Source: Tubulanus polymorphus
Lineage: Eukaryota > Animalia > Nemertea
Direction of reading: 5' to 3'
Length of the DNA: 64,000 nucleotides
NCBI RefSeq assembly: GCF_964204645.1
Contig: NC_134029.1
Location: 3,286,001-3,350,000 of the forward strand
The notes beneath the pieces were generated by a model. That model saw only the letters and a list, made by a program, of their open reading frames with translations. It was not told the origin of the DNA and did no database searches. Each line of letters starts with the position of its first letter. Position 1 is the stretch's first letter. Positions 20,797-34,793 of the stretch are shown one piece after another. A program made the translations under genes and the position numbers.

Positions 20797-22506
20797 CTGT
20801 CAAAACAAAAATATCAAAGTTTTCCATAACGTTGTGAAATAATTGGTAATTCAGAACGATAATTAGTAAATTTGCATTCTGTCAAGCTGTAAAAAGACAA
20901 TCTATTTATCTGATTGATTCGGTCTGGTGTGGCCGAATTTCATGCCATGGCTGAGTGTAGCGATGCCATCAGGTTTGAATCCCTGCCAAGGGGGATGTGT
21001 AAAAAGATGCCTATTTAGTATTTTTACATATATTTCCTGTCTTGTACATTGTTAGTTGTGTTATCTGAAGAGCTCCCAGCGCATGTAATGAGTTTTTTGG
21101 ATGCGCCCTTCCACCATTAACAGGATCTAAATCGACTTTACAACCACGGGAATCAGAATCAGATATTTTTGTGCAAATCGAAATTTCCCAACCACGGATA
21201 TAGCAAGCAATCATTATCAATGGAAAGTACGACTAAAGCTGCGAAATTGGTTCAATTTGCGTAAGTCGGGCCAGGATCCAACAATGGGAGTAATTTGGTA
21301 ACATCAACCCCGGTCAAGCTAACGCAGCTGGTCCCGCAGGCGCGCGCGCACGAGCCAATTTATCGTCCTGATCCCCGTACTTAATCATGTTCAATGAATC
21401 CCATCGATTTGGCATCACTAGCCAGGAAACATTATTTTATAGTTTATAGCTGTTGTACATGTTGCTCGTAATCTGATTACTTTCAGTGGCAGAGAAAGAA
21501 AACATATCATTATTGGAGGCTTGTATTTTTGTGTGGCAAACAGCGGCTTTGTTTATTCATAAGAAATGATTTGGTAGTATAAGTGGGAGGATGTGTGGGT
21601 GTAGTTCAATATAACAACTGTAACTGTATCACAAAATATAATATGAGAATGACAAATCATCTACATATGACATAACTTCCAAACTTTCAAACTTTCGCAA
21701 CCTGGAATTTCAGGAAAAGTCATCTTCCCTCGAGGGATTCATAAATCACAGGAACCTCTGTCTGATTAGCGAAGTTAGCAAAAAATCATGCAGCACCAAT
21801 CAGATGGCCTTTCGTATAATCTCCGCAGCAATTGTCATGGATAGAATAACCCGGGCTAAAATGAAACATGTTTTCTGATTGGCTTAAAATGGCTAATCAA
21901 ACCAACAGGTTCAGGAATCCCCACCTGAGGGAAGATAAAAAAGTTGACTGCGACAATACATTCCATGTCAAACTCAATAAAAGCTTCAGAAGTATGAATT
22001 ATGAAATGATCAACAGCTGAAAACAAAACAGATCAATCATAAACAACATCAACAACATCAATTCTAATCAAAATTCTTTCATCAATTCAGCGTGGCAGTG
22101 GTTTCATGCCCAGGTATAATCCAGTACAATAACAGCTTCAACAATAGAATTATCAACTCATAATCACGCCGTATTATGGCTATCTATGGACAACAGTTGT
22201 TTATGGGCGTCATAAAATTGTGAATAATCTCCACGAGCACCGAATATCATCCAATTATTAACAATGGATAGATTAATGTAATATACAGTGCCGCCCCCTA
22301 TAACTGTGAAATTTAGGGAAAGGCAAAAAACCCACATCAGAGATGATCGCCACCTATAGATGATCGATTGATGCAGAATTGTCGCACCTACAAATACTGT
22401 TACGATATCAAAATGAAGACATTATCATCATTATTATTATTATCATTATTTAAAACTTATTGCCACCTTTTAAAACCTATCACCGCGTTTAGGTGAATAT
22501 ACGTAC

Positions 22507-22647
22507 CTCTTCGCCGCATTCTTCTTCGTCGAGGTATGCGAGGTCGTAGCTCGGGCAGACGGTATAACACGTCTGTTCGGTGGTCGCTTTCTTTAATCCG
22601 AGCAAACGTAGACTCATTTCAGATATATGCGATAACATATGTGGCAT
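22507..22647 (-). CDS. Candidate alternative first coding exon of a short APBA isoform
   Basis: MPHMLSHISEMSLRLLGLKKATTEQTCYTVCPSYDLAYLDEEECGEE|gtacgt; 47 codons, in-frame stop two codons upstream of the ATG, phase 0. Confidence 0.55.
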
Positions 22648-24142
22648 TGTTCACGTCATATCATACATATACAATCCACTGATACTTTATCCCTTCATCA
22701 TCATCATCATCGTCATCATCATCATTGTCATCACTTCTTGATCGATAACGAAATAATCATGTTTTTGAAGAGAACTAATCCGTCGTCATATGAAATAATC
22801 CTAACTAATGAACACGAAAATCGTATTATTTATCCTAACCAGCGACGTTTTATTTGACGTAAAACTTTCGGTGAAATATGTATTCTGTGATGAGGATGAA
22901 TATACGTAATAGACGCTGGATGAGTTAAATATTGCGAGGTGAGTTCACATCACTCTACGTATCATTAGTCGACGCTAAGAAGGCATTCGAGTGTCTGAAG
23001 AAATGTATGTATGAAGCTTTGTACGCATACACAGCTGAACAAGTATTGACACGAAATGCTTCTCGTGCGCTTACAGCTAACTTAAGAATCATAAATCCCG
23101 CTTAGCCCGATCGAATTTTACTTATTTCCTCGCATCGTCATTGTCACCGCTGCGGCAATATACGCGAAATCGCAAAAGTGCGTCGAACGGCTCGATTGCG
23201 CTTTCAACTACGCGGCAACAGCCGTAGCAGCAGCAGCAGCAGCAGCAGCAGCAGTCTCGACTGTTCTCATGGCTAACCTAACAGCGAGCGCTATTTCCAT
23301 TTCTACAGTAATTACGTTACGTTTAACGACAAGCCTTTTAAAAAAACCAAAAAAAAGCTCTTGATCATCGGCTAACGGTAATACACAGGTTTCCTCGGCG
23401 AGTACAGGAAATTAACTCGCACGCGTTACAACTTCGCCCCCGGAAACAGATTCGAAACTTTCTTCCTATTTCCAGATTACGTTTGAAGTCGATCTTTCAA
23501 GGAAGCGGTTCCGAAAGTCGAAACCAATTTCCATATGTAAGCATGCCATTGTTCGACGTTCCTAAACAAAAAATCGATAAAATCTCATTCATCGCGAAGA
23601 TTTTTAAAAAGTGAATCCGACCAAATGTGTGTGTATATAAAATCTAAATATGATAAATCATGAATTTCAATCTTCTTTGACAGCAGTGAGAAATTACACC
23701 GGCTTATCTTATTAATGCTTGAATCAATGACAAAGAATTATCAATTTCATCCGATTATAATAGTGTTCAATAACCGCACTTATAGCATCAATCAATGATA
23801 AAAATATCTACTCGATTCCAGTTCACGGAAATAACTGACAAACTGAGTATGAAACAGTCTATGAAACCAAGCCAAAGCAGGTTCTAATATTAAGACTATA
23901 GCCGTGGCCCGGGCCAAATTGCCACGGTACAGACCCAAATAAAACTTGGTCCATGCCTAATTAGAGAGCGTTCACAGGCAAACCACTCACTAGATACTAA
24001 ACAAAATGAAGTCTGGTCCGATGTATTTGGTCAGGCCAGACTTAGCCTGGACCAAACAGGCACGGGCCCATTTGGCATCTATGTGACCAGTTGTTCCGGG
24101 CTTAATTTGGTACTGGCCAAAAACACTCGTGTAATCGCTGCT

Positions 24143-24149
<7 letters not shown>

Positions 24150-24214
<65 letters not shown>
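24150..24214. repeat. (TA)n microsatellite, about 32 units
   Basis: Pure TA run; explains YIYI ORFs. Confidence 0.97.
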
Positions 24215-24219
<5 letters not shown>

Positions 24220-24874
24220 TACTAAAACTGACGACTCCAATACAATCTTACACTGCCTAATAGCGTTATAGATTCTGTCTTATCTATGATAAATTTTCAT
24301 AAGATAAAATTCCCCGCGACGAACGAATGGCAAAACATTAACCATAAATTTATTATTCAGACAGTGTCTGCGCTGGTAACAGCTTGTGGTAATGCCTTCC
24401 AGTGAAATTCGCTATTCTTTCAGTAATCCTCGAGATGGAGTTGAAATAAACCTTCCTACACAACCATTAATCACTCCGATTCTTTATATCCTCAATTCAA
24501 TTCACTTAGATTCTTCGTCAAAGAATATCCGATCCGAAATAAAAGGTTGAACCTGTCCGGATGTGAATTATGAAGGAAATTCATTGAAATTTTAATAACC
24601 CGTTTGCCTCGAATAAATGAATAATTCCTCTTTACCGTGTGCAACCGTGCACCGACAATCAATGGCACACGCCTACTATATGATTTACTACGCTCACACG
24701 ATATAACGCTGCAAGCTAAGAAAATGAAAATTTATAGAATTGGGCGTCATAAAGAAATCAACTACAATGATTTGATTTGTTACGAAATCTAGGCAGAATT
24801 CAGAATGATATCTGAGTTATCTATCAATTTGGGAAGTGTTCACACGACTTATTCAGATGCAAAAAGTCCGTTCC

Positions 24875-25015
24875 GGGGCCGGTTGCTCAAAAGTTGGTTA
24901 GAGTTAACCAGTGGATAGTTGATATGGTGACAATTGAAATTACATTGTTACCGTACTGTACTATGGTATTTAACGGCCGGTTATCTTTAAACAATTTTTG
25001 AGCAACTGTGGCCCC
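24875..25015. mobile_element. Small foldback MITE (GGGGCC...GGCCCC termini, Harbinger-like)
   Basis: GGGGCCGGTTGCTCAAAAGTTGGTTAGAG pairs with CTTTAAACAATTTTTGAGCAACTGTGGCCCC. Confidence 0.7.
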
Positions 25016-28000
25016 AATTTCAAAATGAAATATAGCTGCAAAGCAGCGATAACGGGTTTTCTGGATGCATGCGATCGAAAGGAAAAATTAATTACCGGGT
25101 ATTCGATGGCAAAAATAAAATGAGATGATTTGGATATAATCGGAGCAATCCTCTTTTTGGTTGAATGGTCTAACCCCAGTATAGTCCCCCATGATTTGGA
25201 AATTCTCGGAGCCCTCCTTTATTTACTTACTAAATGACGTCACAAACTGTTATTTCGCTGGTGCTTGTTGTCTAACAATTCAATTCAATTCTTTATTTAC
25301 AGTAACCTAATAAGTAATTTTAAGTTTCAAATAGGATGGAAAGTACATTCAGACAATCTGTTGGTTCAGAGAGACCGTTATTACAGTATCAATTTATACA
25401 TTTCGTTTCGAAGCTGTCAGTTGCCGAATCTGAATGAAGATAAATTTTATTTGACGAAATCGGCGGAAAATATATAATAATAATAATCAACAGAATTTCA
25501 AGAGGGTTTTCGACGAAAGTCAGAAAACCCTAACTATTTCTCTGCGTGTGAATGGAAATCTTACTTTCATCGCCTGTCATCAGTGATGCATCTAGCTGGA
25601 CCATGCGCGATCGTGCAGCATTGATTTGGATCATTCTAAATTGGTCCATTGCGGGTAAGGGTCAAATTAAAACTTGTGATAGCGTGAACGCAGCTATAGA
25701 AGATCCAGTCGCTGAAGTCATATCGAAAAAATGTCACTTGAAATCGTCCAGAACGAACTTTTTCCATATTTGATCATTGCAATTCATGCGTTCATAATCT
25801 AATAACACACCGATACAAAGCCAGCTTTGAAAAAGGCAAAAGAGTCGAATTTTCCAAATGACTTCATCGTCGATTCGCTTTTTTTTTTGGACGATATTTC
25901 GGATTATCTTTTATCAAGAGAAACCGCCGATCCTCGAAGCCAAATCTATACAAACAAGATCACGAGCCGACCGCATGAGGCGAACTAATTCGCACCGGGT
26001 CAAAAGCCGTCCATCGCACGACGAAGACCACAGCATCTCATTCTTTATGTAAGACGCTTTTACAAATAGATAATCGTATTAGACGATGAAGAGGAGAACG
26101 CGGGCGATCGTCGCGTCGTTGAATACACGACCCTTTAATGTAAGGTCGGCCCGATAATAACCATCGCCGCGGTCAACATTGTCCTCAAGCTGTCACGCCA
26201 AATCTCTACTCGGTGGAGATTGATGGAAAAAACAAGACTGACCCAACGAGACACAGTCCATTAATCTTCCAGCGATGTTCGTCCATCAGCCAATGGCCCG
26301 AAGCTCGTCCGGGGAATTGGAGCATGTATTTTTTAGTGGTCTCCGTTGTGATTACTAAGACACAAGACGTCAAAATAGACCTTCAGGAATTGTCGATTCA
26401 AGATGGCTAACAGGTTACCACTAGAATTGCATCGATTTACGATTCAGGATGGAAACAAACAGCAAAATCGTCTCACCCATTTTTCAGCTTTCTCTGTTGT
26501 GATTACTAAAACACAGGACTTGTCGATTCAAGATGGCTAACAGGCATCCGTTATATGGATTTAGGATCCAAGATGGAAATAGAAAGCAATCTTACATATT
26601 TTGCTTCATACATTTCTGGCAAATTCAGATTTTCAAGAGTTTTCAGTGGGTTCAACGTCTCATGAAGTGAGAGACCAGTGAAAGATCAATGCCCTCAACC
26701 CACTCGGCCGCTGCTGCACCTCAGCCGGGATATTCTACATCATCACAGTTCAAGATGTTGTTTCGATCCTAGAACAAACGTCAAGTGTCTCATGACTGAC
26801 GGCGACTAAAACGCGAATAACGATTTTCATTAATTTATGCATTTTCTGAATATCCAATGACAACAGTCAATTATCCCCAGCACCAGACAGGTGCGTCTTA
26901 CTGGATTTCATCTGTCCGTCTATCCGCGCAGGTACTCTCTCTATTAGCAAGTCTCACCAATATCGGATCAAATTAGAAAATCGGATAAGTTAATATCCGT
27001 CTACGAAAAGAATATCATCGCACATCGTCAAACCACACACCGATAAGGCTTATATCGATATCATAAAACTACTGTTAACTTTTCCTATTTAAACCGAGAG
27101 TCGGGCTAATATACGACGTATTGATTTATGTTATATTCGATATTCAAAGTCGACTTAATGAATTTCATTTCCGTGCGGCGTTCAATATAGTCGAATTTGA
27201 ATTCGACGGAACTGTCACGGTCGGCTAACTCGGACACTTAGCGCGGATCTCAGCGATCGACGATTCAATTCGATATAATAATATGAAACTATCGAAATAC
27301 GGTGAATAGCAAAAGCCGTAATATCGATAGACTGATAATCAGTAACTTGCCCGCTTATAAAGGCAAACTGGTTTTCCATTGTCAATCTAAATTGGTATTC
27401 GCCGAGGTACATTGAATCGCGTAATATCATCATTCAATATTTATCAATCAAGGATAATTATAACGAAGTTAGAACGAAGTTAGACACATACGACTCAGTG
27501 ACTTAGTGTCTGATAACTAGGGGTAGAATCTTATGTCGCCTATTATAGCTACAATCACACAAGGCAGTAGCCAAAACTAAGAGTAATTTTACATCAAAAC
27601 AGCAGTTAAACTGAAAGTGATATCTTTGGGAATAGTTGAGCTCTTAAAAAAAAAGGAGAACCCACCCTCAATAGTTATTGTAGTCAGATCTGAGTTTGTT
27701 TCCTGTTTGCCTCCAGTGCATGTTTCAGATATATATATATATATAATTTCTCAAGCAGTTGATGTTTTTACATCCGTTTTGGGAGCGATGAATTTTTCTC
27801 GCGGAAGCGTATATCATCGCTGTACAAAATATGAGGCTTAAAGAGCCAATTAGGAACTATAAATCATGAACTGGAGATGAGAGGCATGGATGTAATTACC
27901 ATCTACGACACATGTTGTTATCATTATACACACATATATAGAAACCGATATTGAAAAATCTGATGCCGCCGATACCGATGATGAGTTCTCAGAAATAAAG

Positions 28001-30405
28001 AAAGTCTCGAAGATTGCATCGGTTATCATTAAACAGCAGGTGTTCACGGAGACGCACCTCAGGGGCATCGCTATCATCTCTACACACTGAATCATATTGA
28101 AATATTCATCTATGTTCATCAATATCTCGGATAAAATGAAAATGAAAATTATGTCCTGTACTCGTTGTTTTGCAGATAAGGCGTTTCACAGTGAAGCGAC
28201 ATATTTTTTGCGGGACATATTTCAATATTCCCAGACTCGGCCGTTTATCGACCAAACTCATTTAAGAGGTTTCCACATCGGTGGGAAAGAACAATGATAG
28301 GTTAGATTTGGTAATCACAATTGCTATGAATCTTACAGAAACTGCTCCTAAGGGTAGACACGTGTTCACTTATAACGGCCATTGATGTAGTTTGCTGGAT
28401 GGGAAGAAAAACAATGTTTAATACACTTTTGTTGGTAATCATAATTTCTGTGAAAGTGAAATACTGAAACTGCTCCTAAGGGTAAGGCGCACACGTATAC
28501 CACATTGTCTTTGATAGGTTGTTAATGCGTCTTCTGGTTTATTTCAAGCATGTTTTCTAGCTGAACGAATGAACAATCATGACTTGAAGGTGAACAATGT
28601 TTGCGAATATGTTTTCGACCACGCCAAACGAGAACTGTCAATACGTTCTTGTCAGCGCGCCGTGTGCTTCCCGGGTTTGTTCAGCCATGTTGCCAATAGC
28701 AATTGTAGCTAAATTGCGGCAGCACCCAGCGCCAATATCGTATTGGTAAACGTTTATTTTGCGACGCACGCTCAATGAATAGAACTTGACGAAGAAATTT
28801 GCTTCGTCAAGTCAAGGTTACAGCACCTACGGAAGCAATTCCGAAAATAAATCGACTTCAAAATTGCCTCATAAAAATTCCAGTTCGAAAGAAATTATCA
28901 GTGTCGCTTTCAATTTTTCATATTTCATAAAAATTAACATCACGTCCTGCCATAATTCATCACGAATTGATCCGATTGAAATAATTAAGCAGAATGGATA
29001 TCTAATTATATGTTTATCTCGAAGAGAAATTGACATTAGGCTTTGAGAGAAGCCAGTTAGTTTATGCCCGACGTGATTAAAAGCTCATTTCCGCGGATGA
29101 CTGTAGTACTCCCAAATAGGAATATAATCACCTGAATGTAATAAATGAGTTTGGAACACACAGTGAATTTAAACCGAGATGAAAAGTGTAGAATTGACAA
29201 TATTTAGCGAGTAAGTAGCGAGGGTAATGGGCACATTAACACTGCCACAAATAATAGAATAGATAATAGTAGAAAACTCATGTCCATCAGGGGACTTGGG
29301 TAAAGTGTGCGCGTGAATATTAATCAACATTGGAACGAAGAATATTGTAGTCAACCTAAAACCTGAACTATTGGTGAGAGATGTTTGAAATATACCCCTT
29401 CTATTAGGTATTCCTTAAGATGACACTGGCGAAGTTGAAACGTTGAATAAACCATTAGCTCAAGGATAAATTTGAAACTTATTTATTCTCATTTTTAGTG
29501 TGGTGGGATTTTATATTATTGTTGAAACACGGACAGTGTTTCAACAATGGTCTACCCCTTATGTAACCTCAATCATTTGTATACCTCTTTTAATATGCAC
29601 AAACTCAAGAAGTGAATACCATTTCAACTTACTTCTAACATTGAAGGTAAGAAGATTTAACATTGTGCTAAATATCGTTAAATAAGTTTTCTGATTCTTT
29701 TCTAGAATTTCAGAAGAAAGATCTTCTCCACTGATGTTCATACTTACAGGAAGATATTGTATGCTTGTACATATACAGTGATGATGAGCTTACCAACTTC
29801 CATCAATAACTTGAAAACTTATGACGATATCAAATCATAAGTTGAGATGAATAAATATTGACGATTCAACAGGTGATGTCCTAGTGATGTTCTTGTGTAA
29901 ATACCAAGTGAGCAGTGTATATTTGTTCAACTAAATAGTTTCTTATTAATACAGGAACTGTGTGATCTTGACAAACTGGCAAACAGTAATCGCAGATGTA
30001 AGCGATCTATAACATTAAACACCAGTTTCATTTGGTAGCTAAAAAATCAGTTTCAGAAGTTGATGAAATCTAGGGCAAACCTGCATTCAGCATATATCAA
30101 TTAATTGGAAAAAAGAAGTTTGTAGAGAAGGGAATATTGGGTGGACTGGATTTACCAATCATGCAGCTCATGGGGTAACTGCACTGCCATGGATTAGATC
30201 TAAGACTGGACAATACAATCTTGGGTCATAAGCTAATTTAACAACTTAAGACCAGAGATCTACTATCAGCATTATGAGAAAGCGAAAATGATGCTATGAA
30301 TCACAATAGATCTGAAGTACGGTGACAGAAATGTTGGTCACATTCTTGAGATGAGATAATGAAGACAGTTGAAGATGAATATCTTCCAACTCTTCATGAT
30401 CTTGA

Positions 30406-30512
<107 letters not shown>

Positions 30513-33500
30513 GTGAATAAAACGATAAAACGATCACGTCTTCATATTGATTACATCGAGTAATTAATTGCAATTAGCGCAAAATGTCAATTGAAGCTCA
30601 GACAGTCGAAGCACGTGCTGTTGCCGCCAGTAATTACACAATGAAATCATGTATCGATGAAACGCGACTGAATCCGCGTATATGCATTATTACAAAGTTG
30701 ACAGGTTTCTGCTGTGCTGTTACTGTGCCATGTCTCTGCGCTGCTGGTTGCAATGTTCATTGCGACAAGACCAGATTTAAGCCCTGTCCACAATACATTA
30801 TTGAGAGCATTCTAAATTTAGTCCGCAAAAATCTGGAATGGACAGTCTTCACACCGCCGAAAAGTCTGTTCATAAATGGAACAAACGAATTGAGAATATG
30901 GTCTGTTCCATTTTAGAACAAACCAGTTTAGACTGACCAAAAAGACTGACCCAGGTCCGTTCTAAATTTTGGAATGGATTATTTCTCGAACTTAACTTTT
31001 ATTGCCCGTCAATCACAATGTCGAGTCTAGCTGGACCAGTGATAATAGCTGATATAAAAATGTATTTGAACGCATAGCACCGATTTGGTGCGGGCCAAAT
31101 TAGAATTGACAAGTATGAACGCAGCTTATGTTCAGTTGCTTCAACTATGAATAAACCTAAGGTTGTTTTGGTAGTAAATCTCGTCAACTTCATCAACTCA
31201 GAACCAGCAGATTAGTACAGTCATAATTTCCGAGCCTCATTTTTCAGCCAGAACGTTCTTGACCTGACAGAGAGGATGACCAGTACAGTCGGTCAAAACA
31301 TATTAACTATATTAGAATTTATTGCCTTGAACATCGAATCCTGTTGGTCATCTTAGTCATAGGACGTCAGCCATAAAAATGAGCTGGCAGCGCTGATAAA
31401 AACTAATGATGATGATATCGACTAGTCAGATAAAGATGATGGATGAGCTCCGGGGATGAAACACTGATGACCACAGTTATAGTAGTACGTGCTTCGTTTA
31501 AACATAACTGCTAAATACTGAACATTCTAAATTACGATGTGACATTGCGGTTGGAGTAAAGCCATGTTGTTTCTCATTCCTCTTCTGTATATCCGTTTTT
31601 GTAATAACATCCAACAATGTAACATCTTAAAAATAAACATTGCTATTCCGTTCTATTCCAAGCATGATCTTTTCGATCATTTCGATCTATCGTCATTGAA
31701 AAATCAGCTGTTGGCATTTTCAGCCAATCAGCATGTCTTTTACAAACAGAGAAACCCATAACTAGCCAATCAATAGGCACCTTACTTAATTGAGGCTGCA
31801 CCTTCAACAGTAATGAACTTCCTAACAGGCTCTCGATCGAGGCGAGTTATGAACTATGAAGAAGCAATGAAGCATGAACGACCGATCCATCTCTCATTTA
31901 TCGCTAAGGAATCAAGTGATTTATACCTAAAGCTACCGTTCGAAAAAAGCCGATGAGATCGGGTTAGACGGCCGTGGAGAATCGACCGCACGACTGACCG
32001 CTGCAGTCGCCGGGAAAATAACGCAATCAACATGAACCGACTGGTTCGAGAATTCACGGATCGGCGGTCGTTCACAGCGACCGGTGTTAAATCGGCGGAA
32101 AAGTCTGTTAGCTAGTCAACCGGTGCGTTATCCATTGATAAACCACTGAATCATATATCATCGTAGTAACTACCAGATCTATACTCTCTAACGGCAAAGC
32201 GCGTTAAAATGGTCTCGAATCTGAAGATTCAGATGAAAGTCTAATTGTATTATCATCATATTACTCATCATTATCATTACTATTATTGTTATCATAAATC
32301 TATTATTTCAAGGCTATAACTATACTAGCGGTATGGCTATCAAATATTACTTTTGGAAATTTCAACACCTCATGCCCAAGTAGGACCTCTGTATTGTATA
32401 CCATATTTTATTAATCACTATCAACATGCGTAAAATGAAAAACTTGAAGATTGACATCTACAGTCTAAACAATCAGCCCACATATGTTACCGGGCATAAG
32501 AAAATCATTCCGAATAAATTGTGTCGGGTAATCAATAATTCCACCACCTTAAAACAACTCTTTATATCACGCTGCAAACCCCCCAACGACACAACGCTAC
32601 AATTCTCATTTGTCAACATTGTTTCGCGAAAATGTGACGGAATAAATTACATTTAGATACGTTCCGCCACCGTCACCATCTATTACGCATTATTCTTAGC
32701 GCTTTTAAGATACCCTCGCATTTGACGTAATCGATATTAATACGTCTTGCACGGAATATTTCTTTTCGCTCGGTTTTTCGCCTTGGTTAGCGCCGGCTGC
32801 GGAGCCGACGTTTAAACCCGGAATACACAACCGACCTGTGAGGAATCAGTTTACTCTCCTCGCAGCATTAGACAAACAGGGAAAATCAGCGAATGAAAAA
32901 CAAAAGCCATTTATTAAGAGATGAGCAGTTAACTAAACAAGGGTGCAACCGAGGGGTCTTATGAGATACCTGCAAGATCCTCAATATTCCGAGTGCGCCC
33001 ATTTATCTGAAACAGATCAGACTACCTGGCATTTCTTTTGGGAGTAGTTTCAAGACAATTGAGGGTAATTCAACATTAAAATAAGTGGTTTATTTAGAAA
33101 TAAACTTGAGATGAGTCTGGTTTTGATCATATTTTCAATATTTGTACAGTAACTGAGCACTAGAATAGTAATTACTACACTACAATTGTAGATGTAGTCA
33201 CGTCTGGACACGCTTTTGTAGCAAATTGTGGTATAAGATATTTTCCTGCCAGAATTCCCATTCCTATTCAATTTGCCTTCAAGAATTTGGCAAGACCCAC
33301 AAAACTTGCCATGGATCCCCTTTTTAGGTTGTTATACAGAAATAGAAATCTAATTGGTGCTATTTGATCAGAAATTACCAAAAAGCGAACACACTCTATA
33401 TCTGTCGACAAGAGGAGCTGATAAATCGTGGTAATGTTTAAACAGTAAATGTGCGTGCGTCACGAGTGTCTATTTTCACAAGCAATCATTCAATTTCAAC

Positions 33501-34685
33501 ATCGATTTCGCTATTCAATTTTCATGTTTGACGATTTTTCGATGCAATTCTCGTTCGCTGAAATAACATTTCAGCAGCAGCAGCAGCAGCAGCAGCAGTA
33601 ACTGTAACATTTCACTTTTTATCCGTGCAGTGAACTAGCAGGAGAACTTCGCGTCAACGCTATGGGGCAAAATTTATTTTCAGTAATGAATCTTCCGCGC
33701 ACGCAAATGCGGGATCAATTTTCGAGATTTGTTACCGAGATCGATCATCGCGCCTGGCTTTTTACACGAAATCGATTTCTATCGGGAATCAAGCATCGAA
33801 TATAGAATAAACAGTGATGTAATACATAACTTCCCTTTGAGCAACTGCAGCACCCAAACCCGGGGTCGTTAAAATCAGTTCATCGTTTTAAATCTTGAGT
33901 CGAATTGTTCCTAGAACTGTAAGGAAGAAGGTTGATCGTGGTCACTCAGTTTTTGCAGGCTTACATACATGTTTCTCCTAGAGCACCTATAGCTCCTGCA
34001 CCCAGTAACATGAGATTGAGTTTGTTAAAATCAGTTCATTTCCATCGACTATACGTTTCTAAAAACTTAACGGGTCGATACACAGCGGTTTAATCGTGAT
34101 CTCACTCCAAGCTACAGTTTTTGTAGGTGAACACATCCCTCGTCACCCTAAAATCATTGAAGTTCAAATAAATCTAACTGCCATATGTGGCAAATGCTGT
34201 TATACTCACTGAAAAGATTTGATTAATACTCCTGCAGCTCGACCACAAACGACACATGCAGTTAAACACAGCATAATGAGGTGTTCGAAAAATCAACGCT
34301 GATTAATAGTAAATGAACTGCCATTACGTATTTCCTGAACGGTTTAAAAAACATGTAGGTGAAAAGTTCAAAATTGAATTACTAGCAACAATGAGGGAAA
34401 GTTTAGTACTACGAAATCAATGAGAGAGAGACGGCTAGTTTAGAAACAGACTTTACCCAGGGCCTAGGAAATCCTGTGTAAGAAAAAACAGATCTCTAAA
34501 ACAGATGGTAGGTACTAGAATAGATGAAACGGGAATCTATGCGAAGGGCTTAACCATCTTTTTAAAGAACTTAACACTTAAACATATTCTTGTTTAGATG
34601 CTTTAAACTAAATCTCAAGATATTGTTTAACATAGGATATCAATAAGAGATTAACACTTAATAAATATACATTTAAACTACTGAC

Positions 34686-34793
34686 CTCTTGTTCATTATT
34701 CAAGAAGCTCACTTCCTCATTATCATCGTCGAATAAACTTTCAGCCATTTTTAATTCCTTCGGCGCTTCGACGAGTTTCATAAACACCGCCAT
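34686..34793 (-). CDS. Candidate alternative first coding exon of a short APBA isoform
   Basis: MAVFMKLVEAPKELKMAESLFDDDNEEVSFLNNEQE|gtcagt; 36 codons, AAATGG start context, phase 0; second in-frame donor GAA|GTGAGC at 34712. Confidence 0.45.

Noticed and set aside
20606-20827. 73-aa ORF in the track
   Set aside because: Wrong frame over the real APBA exon 20614-20796.
20945-20992. tRNA-like A box/B box (TGGCTGAGTG...GGTTTGAATCC); similar fragment on the minus strand near 26660-26712
   Set aside because: No cloverleaf; at most decayed SINE heads.
34210-34257. Further M...GT phase-0 mini-exons (34210-34257, 25565-25570, about 36277-36288, 43833-43898)
   Set aside because: Weaker donors without G at -1, or located inside or next to a MITE; within chance expectation for a 43-kb intron.
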